Below are positions 11,811-24,235 of a stretch of DNA of 64,000 nucleotides, in pieces. A program made the position numbers and the translations under genes. This DNA is from Folioceros fuciformis (lineage: Eukaryota). The stretch lies in the NCBI GenBank assembly GCA_049999805.1, contig JBNGIO010006283.1, positions 234,742 through 298,741 on the forward strand. The letters run 5' to 3'. How positions within the stretch are numbered: position 1 is the first letter of the stretch; each line of letters starts with the position of its first letter. The notes under the pieces are model-generated. The model did no database searches. It saw only the letters and a program-made list of their open reading frames with translations, and was not told where the DNA came from.

Positions 11811-14349
11811 ATGAGCAACGAAGGCGGCGAGAAGAATTCCAGCTTCCAGATGGCCGATTTGGGGTCTGCGCTGCCCAGCGCTGGAGGTATCACTTTACTC
11901 ATTTCTATTCTCTTCTGTCGGTGTGTGTATGCGTTATGAGACATCTCCGGATGTTTCTGCACTGTTTTTTTCGATCACCTGGGACGGTCAGACCGGCTCT
12001 TGTCCAAGATTGGATGAGATTATGTACATTCGGACGACGCCCCTCCCTAGGGCTGGACCGCTGTCGCTGACCCTTGTTCTCGGGTGGCTGTGTATTTGCA
12101 GCTATGAGTGCGGCCGCTCGCGAGGGTTTGGTCAATGTCCTGAAGGTGCGTGAATCGGTCCATGGTCAGAGGCTCTGCCTCAAGCGACAGAGCTGACGTT
12201 TAGGGTTAAAGAATTTGGAAGTCGTTGTCTACCAGGACAAGCTGGAGTACCTCACTGGGCAGTCATCCGGATACGTGGAATCTCTGCCGAAGGCCGTGAG
12301 GAGACGTGTCACTGTTCTGCAGGAGCTGCAGGTTGAGTTGATTGCCTTTTCAGTCTGTCGTGCGTGCACGTCATGTGACACTGGTCATCTTAACTCTGGA
12401 CGCGATTGTGGTTTGAACAGACTCAGCATGATGAGTTAGAGGCCAAGTTCCAGCAGGAAAAAGCCGCCCTGGAAGCAAAGTATCAGAAACTGTACGAGCC
12501 TCTCTACACAAAGGTAAAAGTCAACAGCTGCGGCTGTGTGGTTTATTTCAGCACTAAGGAAAGGACATCTGATATTGATACCGAGCATGCTGTAGAGGGC
12601 GGACATTGTCAATGGAGTTGTGGAAGTTGAGCCGGCCAAGGACGAGCCCGCAGTGGCAGAGCCGGCTGCTGCAGATGAGAAGAAGGATGAGGATGGTGTG
12701 TTTTTTTAGTGCTAAGTTGTCTTCTTGCTTGCATGTCTTGTCCGCTTTGAGTTGTCAACCTCTGAATGTCTCCTTTTCTCGGTTGTTCCCATTGTACAGT
12801 GAAGGGAGTTCCCGAGTTTTGGCTCACTGCCATGAAGACCAACGAGATTCTTGCCTTGCAGGTACTGTTTGTTGTTGCTGATCAAGTTCAAGTTAGATGT
12901 GACTGGGTTGTTTTCTCTTTGTTTTGTTCTCGGTCGTTGTCATTTTCATTTAAGCTTCTTGTAATGGCGATGCAATGGGCAATCAGATCACAGATCGGGA
13001 CGAGGGTGCTCTGAAATTCCTGAAGGACGTCAAGTGGAGCAGTCTGGATGACAACAAGGGCTTCAAATTGGATTTCTACTTTGACAGCAATCCGTACTTC
13101 AAGAATGAAGTGGTATGGTGTTTGTAGGTTTGGCTATCGCTATTTGCTATCAGAGTCTGTGGATGCATCTGATATGTTTGTGTTTCTACAGCTGAGCAAG
13201 ACCTACCACATGATCGATGATGATGAGCCTATCTTGGAGCGTGCCGATGGGTGTGCACTCTTGGCCTCTTTGTTCATTGATGCTTTTGTCTAGCTTAAAC
13301 TGAAGTGAGACGTTCTTCAGCTCATGTTTGTCTTGTGTGGCTGTAGCACGGAGATTGATTGGGTTGCAGGGAAAAATCTTACCACGAAAGTCATGAAGAA
13401 AAAGATCAAGAAAGGAGCTAAGAACACAAAGCCAGTGACCAAGACGGAACAATGTGAAAGCTTCTTCAACTTTTTCAATCCGCCCCAAGTACCTGATGAT
13501 GATGATATTGACCAGGACACGGTGCGTGCGTGAGACAACAACCTTAGGCGCGGTTTGTTCCTTCTCAAGCCTTCTGGACTACGTGAATTTGTTAACTCCG
13601 TGTTTTGCAGCAGGCTGAGGAATTGCAGGATTTGATGGAGCAGGACTACGATATTGGGTAAGCAAACAATCTGAGTTTCACGCTTTCAAGGTCTGACTGG
13701 TTTTCATGTGATCTGGAGTTGAATCGGGCTCTTTCTGTGCTTAGATCGACTATCCGAGATAAGATCATTCCCCATGCTGTATCATGGTTTACTGGAGAAG
13801 CATTGCAAGGAGAGGACTACGAAGATGATGACGAAGAGGATGAGGAAGATGGTGATGAGGATGAGGATGAGGATGAGGATGATGATGATGAAGACGATGA
13901 TGAGGAGGAGGAGGAGGAAGAGAAAGTGCGAAAGGTATTGATCATGATATCTTGCTGGGACTCACGTTGTTTAGTACGATACAGCTATCGACGTTCCAAC
14001 TCTGATGTTGCTTTCTTGTTGGGTATGTGTGCACAGCCGCGAGTGCCTTCCTCTAAGGTGAGAACCTGAAACTCGCTGGTTAATATTGCGACCTCCATCA
14101 AATGCGGGGATCACTGCAGGAAGAATGGCAGAGCATTATATAGATCTGTAGAGGGTGATTTATTGGTTGAACAGAATGTCTCAGAAATGGTTTTTGGCAG
14201 TTTTGTGCCTATAGACGGCTCCACCCATTACGTTGCTTCTCAACCCTTGGATGATGTCTTTTGGAACTTGTGTTTTTCAGCTCGCAAGCAAAAATCTTGC
14301 ATCAGGGCCGAAGGAAGGCGAACAGCCACCAGAGTGTAAGACGCAATGA
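11811..14349 (+). CDS. NAP1: Nucleosome assembly protein 1, multi-exon
   Basis: Exons read [83 protein letters not shown], an acidic tract, and C-terminal EQPPECKTQ* (CaaX-like). Confidence 0.95.
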
Positions 14350-15016
14350 GTTGAGCGTCGCTTTTGTCGACTCTTGTTACGAATCCGGTTGAACCTCACT
14401 TGAGCACCGAGTGCGCATACGAAGCCGGAAGTCTGTTTTCCAGGGTCATTGGGAAGCTGCTTTCCCATCGCTCTGATGATTTGTCAACTGCGGGGGTTGA
14501 CCAAGTGGATATGGTAGGTTTTTCAATTTTTTTTAAGGAAGCATTATTTGAGGCCACTGCAGCCAGTTTTGTAGATCGTACAGTAGAAGAGGAAAATAAT
14601 GAATTCGACACTGAGTGGGGGGTTTTATTATGGTACATAATCAAGAGACGAATTTCCTTATCAGTCTCTCTGTGCTATGGCTATTTATGGTTGTCTATAT
14701 TCTGTCCTTGAACGAGTTTGCATTCTGAGATTTCAATGAAAGAAGACACGGGGAAAGTGAGATTGAAATCCCTGTTGTCTCTGGGTTTGGCGTGAAACCG
14801 AGAGGTGAGATTTCAATTTCGCTTTTCTCCAATAACAAACCCAGCGCGTTGTTGGGAGTGCAATGCAAACGGCTTTGGTCCATGGGCAGGAGGATCTGGA
14901 TTTAAGGACCAGGCCGGCAATGCAATGCCACCAGCCGTCTTGGTGCGATACAAGGCCCAACGCCTTCACTTCCTATACCTCAACCACACTCACCTCTCAA
15001 AATACCCGGCAGCTTA

Positions 15017-15320
15017 GTCTCCTATACACTTGAGAAAAACAGGTTTCTAGAAAGGAGATAAATCTTCTTTATTTGAAAAAAAAAAAAAACAAGATGGGTT
15101 TGGAAAAAGGGAGAAGAATCTCCTTTACTTGAGAAAAACAAGATGGGTTTGGAAAACGGGAGACAAACCTCCTGTACTTGAGCACAACAAAGATGGGCTT
15201 GAAAAGAGGAAGACAAATTACCTACGCTCAAGTCTCCTTCATTTGAGAAAGATAAGATGGATTTAAGTCTCCTTTACTTGAGAAAAACAAGATGGGTTTA
15301 GAAAAAGGGAGACAAATTAC
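15017..15320. repeat. ~49-bp degenerate minisatellite, about 6 units
   Basis: Recurring tctcctttacttgagaaaaacaagatgggtttggaaaaagggagacaaa. Confidence 0.85.
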
Positions 15321-15521
15321 TAAAGGTGCCGAGGGCCATTGAATAGCACTCCATCTCAAACTCACCAGAGAGAGCTTATATATTTTTTATGATTCAAAAA
15401 AGAGGAAGATGTTGGATGGCTAATGCCATATATAGGATAACAACGACATTAGCAGGACATGTGGCGTCAACAATCCCAGCGGTAGGTAGACCCTTTCTCC
15501 TCCTAGACCATGATGTTTTAG

Positions 15522-15625
15522 CTGCTATTAGTAATCATTAGGCTTTAGGGGGTTAGCGTCTACTATTCNNNNNNNNNNCTGCTATTAGTAATCATTAGGC
15601 TTTAGGGGGTTAGCGTCTACTATTC
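15522..15625. other. Assembly gap (10 N, 15569-15578) with duplicated flanks
   Basis: ctgctattagtaatcattaggctttagggggttagcgtctactattc occurs on both sides of the Ns. Confidence 0.9.
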
Positions 15626-15849
15626 GTAGCATAGTTTATCTCCTGCTTTAGGGGTAGATGGGTTTTTCCATTTTAGTTTATCCCCCTCTTCAGTCATGGG
15701 AGTTGAGGATTGGCCATTCCCCCTCTAGGAGACCCTTAGGAGGGCCCGGGATCTCTTATCCTCACAAGCCCGATTAGTCATGCCTTCGTTTTCCTCCTTC
15801 CTTTGTGGGGGTATGAGGGGGCTTCAGGCCACCCTCATAGAAAAGCCTC

Positions 15850-16880
15850 AACAATGAGGGCCCTCAAGCCCTCATGCTAGATTTCTCTATTGACAAGTAG
15901 GCTCGGGCACTCCTTTGATCTTGTTCAGGGAAGGGCACCGCCTCTTGGCTATGGGCCCGTCCATGCATCAAAGCTTTCCAAGTCGTACTAGCTTCTTTCT
16001 CTACTGCGATGAGGTTTTGCCTTGGCTTGGTCCAGGTGTTGGCTTAGTCTCTCTCTTCTTGTAGTTGTGGAGTCCCCCTTGACGACCCTGGGAGCCACCT
16101 AGCGCGTTGCCCTATTGGCGGGCAACACATTGCTACTTTTAATACAGTGAGGGACATTATGTTTTCTTTGGCCAAGGAGGGTGGCTTCTTCCTCTACAAA
16201 GAGGGCCCATATACTTTGCTGAATGACGTCTCCCTTATTGCAAACCTTTTCCTTACCAAGGAGGACCAGGTTTCCATAACCGATGTAATAGTCATAGAGC
16301 CCACTCGGACAACCATAAGCGAGCATGTCATTATCAACCCCTCGGGGTTGGGTAGCAGAAGGAAGCGCAACAAGAAAGACTTGCAAGTACAGGCCCATGT
16401 AGCAGGGTCACGTGTTCATCCCCTTGCTATTGAAACGCATGGTGCCATGGGTAAGGATTTTTCCCAGTTTTTGAAGACATGCATGAAGGCCCATCACGTC
16501 ACTAGGAGTGGCGTCGAGCTTCCCCTATCCGGCATGGTGGCATTTTTCCGGCAATGGGTTTTGATTAGGCTACAAAAGGCCTTGGCAAACACGATGCTTC
16601 GGACAACATTAAGCGCAACGGATGCGGCTTCAATGACCCAAGTGGTAAGTAGGCTATACCTTATATCTGAATGTGACATCTTAGAGGCAATAGGGGTTTA
16701 CAGACTTAACAGACGACACGGTTAGGACCCCATTCTTGGCTTTTCCCCATTTTGGGTTATTCCCCTTATCACGCCGTAGATAGAACTTCCATCTCTCTTT
16801 TTTCTATAAACTCCTCATGTTCCTCCTCTTCCTGTTTAGGGATAGATGGGTTTTTCCCTCTTGTTCTCTCATATGAATAA
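15850..16880 (+). mobile_element. 5'-truncated non-LTR retrotransposon remnant with zinc knuckle and restriction-like endonuclease (CRE-like)
   Basis: Frame reads ARALL*SCSGKGTASWLWARP..FSTAMRFCLGL..*..CSCGVPLDDPGSHLARCPIGGQHIATFNTVRD and later HPLAIETHGAMG. This is the CCHC plus PxxxETxGxxG layout of RLE-type elements, with in-frame stops. Confidence 0.75.
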
Positions 16881-17523
16881 ACTATTCTCATATATAGAAG
16901 AATATTTATATTTAAAGGATTAAAATAAACATAGTATAGTAATAATAATATACTGAAAAAGTCGACCTAAATTAAGTTACTATTATAATATGTTGTTATT
17001 GAAACGCGGTGTGGGTAGATGCAGATTGGTACAAACAAGGGGTAGATGTGAACATGAGAGGCTGTATAGGGGGTGAACTTAGAGTAGCCCTTGGCAGTTG
17101 ATAGGCACAAGGCGGCACGTGCTGAAATAGGGGAAGGTAAGGTTTAGTTTAGGGGAAAAATCTGGCGTGAAGCTGGGCCGGATTGGAAGGGAGGTTGTCA
17201 TCCCAACGCCCAATAGTGAACTGCGAACTGCGAACTGCGCCAAATGACAGAATGCGGAGGTAACGACGAGTCTAATTAGAGTAGAGCTTGCAAGAGTAGC
17301 CAGCCATAGGAGCGGCCTGGCCTGGCCTGGCCAAGCATCGATCTACTAGACACACATGTAGATGGCGTATTTTCGTTGTCGTTCGAGACGCAGTTAGTCT
17401 ACATGTCGGTCACGTTAACCGCGTGGCGATCATCCACATAGTCGTTGTAAACAGACGGGAAGCTGCTTGCCAATCCAGCTCCCTCCGCTGCCTGCCCCCA
17501 GTGTGCGAGCCCAACTGCGCGCC

Positions 17524-18865
17524 ATGGCTTCCCAGGAGCTAGACGCCGCTTCTCGGTACGTCAAACTCGTCAAGGAGCAGGACGCGCCGCTGGAGGACAT
17601 TCGTCCAGGGGAGCTCAACCAGCCAGTCCACGTTCCTCAGGTGGGACGCGGTCCCTTCACTATCCTGCTCTCTTCCTATCTGCTGATCCACTCGTATCTA
17701 CGGCCGCGACCATGCAGCGGTGCGGGATCTGTGCTTGCTGCGCCGTAGGACCAATTGGCCAATGCGTTCCCCGCTCCCTGCTGACCTACGAAACATTGCC
17801 TGGGGTTTCTGCTTCGCCGGCATGACAATTGCGGATTGGCTGCCATACCTCTGTGGAGGAGTGGTGGAGATCGTGCATGCGGGCATGTGATTTGGGTGGA
17901 ACAGGATGCCCTACACCCTCGACGCCTGTCCTCGTAACTTGTTCCTGTCTTTCTCACGCCTTGAACTTCTGTCTTGGAACATCAGCTTGTGGTCCATCGC
18001 TGCCGAGAGTGTGGTCAACCTCTACCAGACAGCTACGAGCCGCCTGGAAATGAGCCGTGGACTACGGGCATCTTTGGTTGCGCTGAAGACACAGATTCCT
18101 GTACGTGTGTCGGTGCTTTTCTTCACACTGTTGCTCCACATTGTCTCCAGTAGTTGTTCAGCCGTTTCACTGTGTTGCGCGCCCTCCTATGATGATGTAC
18201 CCCTCGCCTGTGTCCTCGGAAAATGTTTGGTAACAGGCTTGCAACCCTACGTTGTGACTCAACCATGCTTCGTGCAGGTCTGCTTGGGGCTTTCTGCCCC
18301 TGCGTCTTGTTCGGACGGAACATCGAGAAACTGAAAGAAGACGTCTCCTGGACAACTCCCTGTATTTGTCATGCTGTAGTTGTGGAAGGGGGTATTGGTC
18401 TTGGTCTTGCAACAGCCGGCCTTGTGCATGTCATCAATCCCAGAACAGTGTTTCTGGCCGTGGAATGTCTGGTCTTTGCGTGGTGGATGTGCGGGATCTA
18501 CACAGGCTTGTTCAGACAGGAGTTGCAGAAGAAGTATCATCTTGAGGTAAAGGCATTCAGAACCTCCTCCATGAATATGACGTGTGACAAGTGGGAAGTG
18601 CTTCACACTTAAGTTGCCTCCTAACCATGCCCCTTGTCTTTTTTTTTTTCTCTTGCAGAACTCGCCGTGCGATCCGTGCATGGTGCACTGTTGCTTTATG
18701 CACTTGTGCGCTCTGTGTCAGGAGCACCGGGAGATGCAGAGCAGATTAGCAGACAACCTTGTCATGCCCATGACCGTGATAAACCCGCCCGTTCCTCAGG
18801 AAATGAAGAAGACAGAAAATCAGCAGAACTCTTCTTACGAGCATGCTGAGATCCACGCTGTCTGA
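17524..18865 (+). CDS. PLAC8 family protein (cell number regulator 6-like), 4 exons
   Basis: MASQELDAASRYVKLVKEQDAPLEDIRPGELNQPVHVPQ|LVVHRCRECGQPLPDSYEPPGNEPWTTGIFGC|FCPCVLFGRN..RQELQKKYHLE|NSPCDPCMVHCCFMHLCALCQEHREM. Confidence 0.92.
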
Positions 18866-19173
18866 CAAAGACGGGCTTTTCGAGTTTTCGGCAGCCAGAG
18901 ACGTGAGTGGACATCCGCACAGATCTCAGAACCGACCCGGAGCCAGTCTCTCCGAGCCAGAGCTTCTCACACTTCAGCGTCCTTGTTTCCTTTTTATTTC
19001 CAAAATCATCTCTACAGAAAAAACTCTCGGATGGAGATGGCAACAGTTTGTCTAGTCTGATGCCTACGACGGAGGTGTGTGAGTTGAAGTTGTTCCTTAC
19101 AACCTTCAGGTGATTGATATCAGGAGTTAACCAAACTTGGCAAATACTATGCATACTATGACTATTGTGGCGG

Positions 19174-21553
19174 CTAGCCTATCACTGATTCCAGCCGAGG
19201 TGGGGGTGCACCCACAACCGAATTGCGCTGGCCGAGGCCCGGCCGTTGCCTTCTCTCGGCGAAGCCTCGTCCTCCAGGGTTCGTCTTGCGTCCGTCTGCA
19301 ATCTGCCCTCCACCGAGGACCAACGACTGGCCGAGAAGGATGGCAATCTGATTGGCCATTTCCTGTGCCTGGTCGCGTTGGGGGAAACATTCGGCTGGAA
19401 AGTGGCCAGCCAGCCAGAGATAGGTGGAAAGCAACTGATGTTGAGTCTCCAGAGCCATCATCTCCAGCTGTCTTGAGGTAGCCGGGGACCCTGCCATGTA
19501 CAGCTGCACAGGGATCTTTTGACTGTACGCTATTGCATACTTCTGAAGAGCATACAAGGCTTTAGGATCCCTGGTGTTCACAGGTGCAAAGCAGAAATAG
19601 AACCGGTCTTCCAATGACAAGCCTTGCACTTTCTCCAATACGGTTGCAATCTTCTTGAGATTGTCATGACGACATAAGAAATACGAACCTTCCAGTCGGC
19701 AAATCTGGGAAAACCTGTCCAACAGTGCACCAAAACCCAGATCTGGCAGCTGAGTGGCGAAGAGTTCCATCTGTTCAAAAACAGGGAACAGACCCGCTGA
19801 TGTCGACTCCTCGATGTCTTGCTTCAGACAATGGATTAGGTATGGAATGTCAGTTGAGTAAAAGCACGTTGCCATCCCTTCCGGATAGAGACTGCTCCTG
19901 CGTCCTGCCCTTCCAGCGATTTGCTTCACCATGGACGAGGGGATGGGTCCCTTCTCATCTCCATTGAACTTGTGTAAAGTGGAGAAGACCACTCTCCTAA
20001 TGTTCAAGTTCAGTCCCATGCCGACAGCATCGCTGGCCACAAGGACATCATACCCACTGTTGGCTTCGTTGAAGAGCTTCGCTTGCTGCGTGCGTGTTTC
20101 CGGAGGCAGTGCCCCATAGACTACACAACATCGATGGCTGGTGGCAAGCTCCACCTCCCGTTTAATTTCAAAAATGCCTTTCCTGGAGAAAGCAACGATG
20201 CAGTCTCCAGCCTGCACATTCCGAAAATCTCCTCTCAATGATAGCTCATCTACCACGAGGGGCTTGAATCTCACATATTCTCGTACCACCAGCTCATCCC
20301 CAGTCGCTGCACACAGGCTCTCCAGCAGACGAATGGCACTTGAATCCCCACACACATGCACCTCATCAGCTACCAACCCTAAGAACGCTCTAGTCCAAGC
20401 CCAACCCCTATACTCATCTGCCATCATCTGAACTTCATCTATCACAGCAACTTCCCAAGGCTGGTTCATGAAGGCCATCTCGACGGTACAAGCCAGGTGC
20501 TCAGCGAACGGCACATCCTTCTTTTCTTGTCCTGTGCGCAGGTTGCAGTACACCCCCTTAAGATTGACAAAATCGTATACTTCCATCGCCAGCAGTCTGA
20601 GAGGACTGCAATAAATCCCGTTCTTCGCCGCCATGAAGCGCTGAAGTGCATTGTACGTCTTACCACTGTTGGTAGGCCCACAGTGATAGAACACTTTGCG
20701 TTTCACAGCCCGAGCGAAGGGATACCACCCTTCAGGCTTGGTCAAATCAGCAGTGCTCACAAGTTCCCGATACCTACTGATCTCCTGAGGGTATGTCTCC
20801 ACACAATACTCTGCAAAAATTGGGAACAAAAACTCTTCCGCCTTGTTAGTAGGACCCATTCCGATCAAAAAAGCACGTAGCTCTCCCGAAGATCTCTTCA
20901 TGAACCACTTGCGGAAAGAGCTGCAAGCGGTAGGGAAAAACTTCGAATTCACATAAAGAGCAAGAGCCTGATCAGATGCCCACCTGGAGCCAAAGGAAAG
21001 AAAGTGTAAGCATGCGGCATTCTGCTACCAAAACCCATCGTGTAGAACAAGAGAATCGTAGAATTTCAACATACTTCCAAGCCAACGTGCATGCAGAAAC
21101 GGGGTCTCACCCTCTGCTGGCAAATCTTCGAAATATCTCTCCCAGCGAGCCCCTCTGCTTGCTCGGTACGCCCTCGAATTTCTCACACTCCTGCAGAGCC
21201 CTGAAAATTGCATGGGAATCCTGAAACTCGACTCGTCCTTTCCCAGTACTAGCTACACCATCTCCACCTTCAGTATTAATCATACTACCATTGTCCATTG
21301 CCCCTCGGGCTGCAGACGGGCTTCCATCCCTTATCCGCACTGATGCACTCGCGAAGTGCCTGTCCTGGTGACCACAACCCGCTCCGTAGAGAAAATGCCG
21401 CAGCTCGGACCTCCAATCATGCAAACCGGGATCTCCCCCAACATCACCACGTACAACCGAAACCTGGACCAGGAACTCGCGTTCCAATACACGACTCCGG
21501 GGTCGAGCCCGCCGGAGCAATTGGTGTAGGATCCTGAAGTGGACCCTACCCAT
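19174..21553 (-). CDS. SUV3: SUV3-family mitochondrial ATP-dependent RNA helicase (DExH18-like), 2 exons (21553-21111, 20983-19174)
   Basis: HCGPTNSGKT, YCSPLRLLAMEV, IDEVQM, YGALPPETR, ASDAVGMGLNLNI, KQIAGRAGR. GT-AG intron joins FASRG|WASDQALALYVNSKFFP in frame. Arg-rich presequence-like N-terminus. Confidence 0.92.
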
Positions 21554-21567
21554 CTCATCGAGGTAGA

Positions 21568-21999
21568 TCAAAAATCAGCCGCCCCTGCGGCAGCCAAGGC
21601 ACGAGGCAACTCAACGTTGTGCAGCGGAAACGAGAGCAATGAAGCTGCAGCCCGGAAGTTGGCCCTTATGAGGTCCAGTTGCTCGTTCAGCTGCGCTTGC
21701 TGGGGCCACACTAGAGGGAAAGTCAGTAGCTGCTGATGCAGCTGCCGCAACCTGCGCGCAGCCCTGTCAGGGAAGAGTTCTGGATGAAGCTGTTGGGCGG
21801 CCCGCCACACATCCAGGCAGCCGCGGTAGAAACCCACCTCCTCCCCTACCTCGAACCCTGTCTTCAACCCCACCTCGTAGCCTTCCTCACGTCCCTGCCT
21901 CACGCCCACTCGGAAGCCTTCTTCGTAGCCCGCCCGCACAATCTGGTCCTCAAGCCCAACTGTAGCCTCGAAGGGATCGTCGCTGTCTGTGCTCGTCAT
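21568..21999 (-). CDS. LTO1: LTO1/ORAOV1 family protein (Yae1_N deca-GX3 motif), intronless, 143 aa
   Basis: MTSTDSDDPFEATVGLEDQIVRAGYEEGFRVGVRQGREEGYEVGLKTGFEVGEEVGFYRGCLDVW (GxxxG repeats) and LDLIRANFR. Confidence 0.88.
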   Translation of the reverse strand: MTSTDSDDPFEATVGLEDQIVRAGYEEGFRVGVRQGREEGYEVGLKTGFEVGEEVGFYRGCLDVWRAAQQLHPELFPDRAARRLRQLHQQLLTFPLVWPQQAQLNEQLDLIRANFRAAASLLSFPLHNVELPRALAAAGAADF

Positions 22000-22173
22000 C
22001 GCTCCTCTCGCATAGCAACCCAATCCCGCCGCCACCTTCACCAGGCTTTGTCTAAAGGAATTAGGGTGGTAACCAGTTCAACCCCTTCACCTACTGTTGG
22101 AGCGAGCCGTACACGAGCACAGACCTGTGTTTAGCAGCGTACCAAGCTACGCTATGGGATAGTTGTGGTGATA

Positions 22174-23592
22174 ATGGTGAAGACGAAACCCCAAAAGCAG
22201 CACCAGGTACGGCAGCAGAAGCAAAAGGAAGGCGAGGTGAAGCTTTGCGCAACCCCGAGGCTAAACAGAGAGGACTGCCGTCGAGTAAAGCATGACTCCC
22301 AATTCTCAGACTGGAGGGTAATGACCCTGACACATGACCCGCAATGTTGGTTGTTGCTCTTAACGGAAGCTGATGCATGCTGGTCTCACAACGCGCAGAT
22401 TCTGGTTGGCGCTTCAGACTGGCAGGATCATGCTGCGGGAAGGAAGGTGTGGCTAAATACAGGCTGCATAATCTGCCCAGCCCCGATCATACGGGGCCTG
22501 GGGTGTACGAGCTTGGCATTTTCTCAAGAGTCTTGGCAGTTAGGGACAGACCGGTTCGGAGGATCAAGGGGGAGGATGTTGTGTCAGTGTATGTTGGGGA
22601 GGCGGAAAATGTTAGACAGAGGCTGCAGCAGTATGGGCGGGCGGGGTCCCATTTGGAAGAGTGCCCGGCGTTTGCAAGCGTGAAGGTGGCAGGACTAGGT
22701 ACAGGGGAGGGAAGGAAGGAATGAAGGCATCTTGTGGTGTGTTCCGTTGCAGGTTCAGTGAACATGACAAAATGGGGATTTCTGAGATGATTGACATGCT
22801 GAGCAGAGGTAGATGGCAAGGGTTCGGGGAGAGCCAGGGTGCTGCTCTCTGTGACTGACGATGGAGCTTGGCAAGGACCTCAGCTCTTCACCGGAGTGTT
22901 TGCCGAAGGGCGGTCTGTAGTTTTCCGCTGGGCTCTGGTGAGTTCTGTGTTTGCAATGCCAGGTTGCGCAGAGTCTGTCTAGTTGGCGGTTGGCCTAGTC
23001 TGAAGCAGCTCGTCCAGAACAGGCACAGAGCAAGGAGGCAGCCAAGAGCGTGGAAGGGGATCTGCTTGCAGTGTTCGATTATGCATGGAACAGAGACAAG
23101 AGCGGATGTAGAAGGCCGCACGATATCACCTCGAAGCTCCATATGGCAGAGCAGACGGTTTCCTGCTACCCTGCCTTCAGTTACCTTGCTCATCTCAGGT
23201 GGGTGATGTCAGGAAGGCCGCGTCGAGGTACTGCTGTTGCGGTGGGCAATCCAAAGGCCGCCTTGAAGCAGCATGAGCGGATCATGGCCTCAGTGGTGCA
23301 GGCCTCTGAAACTGTGAAGGTGAAGGAAACCAAGGCGGCCGCAGCACGGAAGGAAGCCAGTCCCAAGCTGCCAGCATCAGCCAAGCAGGTGGAACCAGGT
23401 AGTGTGCAGGGACTGACGGGCAAAGTGCAGGCGTCTTGAAGATCAAGATCAAGTGGAGGCAGTCTGGTTGCAGTACACGCTGTCTGTGGCGTTGTGTTGC
23501 ACGATGGGAACACATGCAATGTTGCCCCAAGGAATGGACGAAAGCGATGTCCTGCCCACAAAGGGATGAGAGTGAGATTGCGTAGGTCATGA
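22174..23592 (+). pseudogene. EFFECTOR OF TRANSCRIPTION (ET/HRT)-like GIY-YIG gene with a frameshift and a premature stop
   Basis: RLNREDCRRVKHDSQFSDWR|ILVGASDWQDHAA, then a frame change near 22438 to GKEGVAKYRLHNLP..PGVYELG..VYVGEAENVRQRLQQYGRAGSHL, FRWAL|..LLAVFDYAWN. In-frame TGA 23437-23439 precedes the ET repeat CGVVLHDGNTC...GRKRCPAHKGMRV. Confidence 0.78.
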
Positions 23593-24235
23593 GACCAACC
23601 ACAGCCTCAGAAGTCGATCGACGAACTGTCGACAGCGGGAAGGAGCTAAACGGGAGCGCATGCTGCCTGGTCTATGTGTTGCCTCACCACGCTTGGTGTG
23701 TGTTGAAACAACAGACTCCAGTCGCGTTAAAGGTCAAGCAGGCGTGCCAATACCTGTTTGCCTTGGAGCTAAAATCGCGAACAGCAGGCTTGGCAAACTA
23801 CAGTATGCTAAAGAGTTCAGACCTTGCAACTAGACTCTTCCGGTCAGCCCTGACCCTACCACGCGACTGTGATGCTTTTCAGGAACATGCCTGAAGGAAT
23901 TACGTAGAGTAGCATCTGTCCATAATCCTATGATTCTCGAGAGGGACGAAAATATTTACGACCCTACGTCGTAGCACTGCATCATCGAGCATACTCCTGA
24001 TCGAGCATACCTCGTTAGGTGAACGTCGTCTAATAAGAAGTTGACGAGTACAACAGCGGGTAGAAAACACTGAGCTTCGACTTCATTCCATCTTACATTA
24101 TATGAGCAGTACATCTTCTGACACCTAATACGTCTATGGAGAGGAAATCCGACGTCCTTCCACGTAGGACTTGAGACAAGTTTGCATCTGGCACACTGGT
24201 CACTGTGAGGCAAAACTTTGAAGCATTTGGATGCG

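Noticed and set aside
15017-15320. Repeat array as CRISPR-like
   Set aside because: Degenerate head-to-tail units without unique spacers, no cas genes, eukaryotic context.
15522-15625. 47-bp direct repeat around Ns
   Set aside because: Identical overlap on each side of a 10-N gap indicates unmerged contig ends, not biology.
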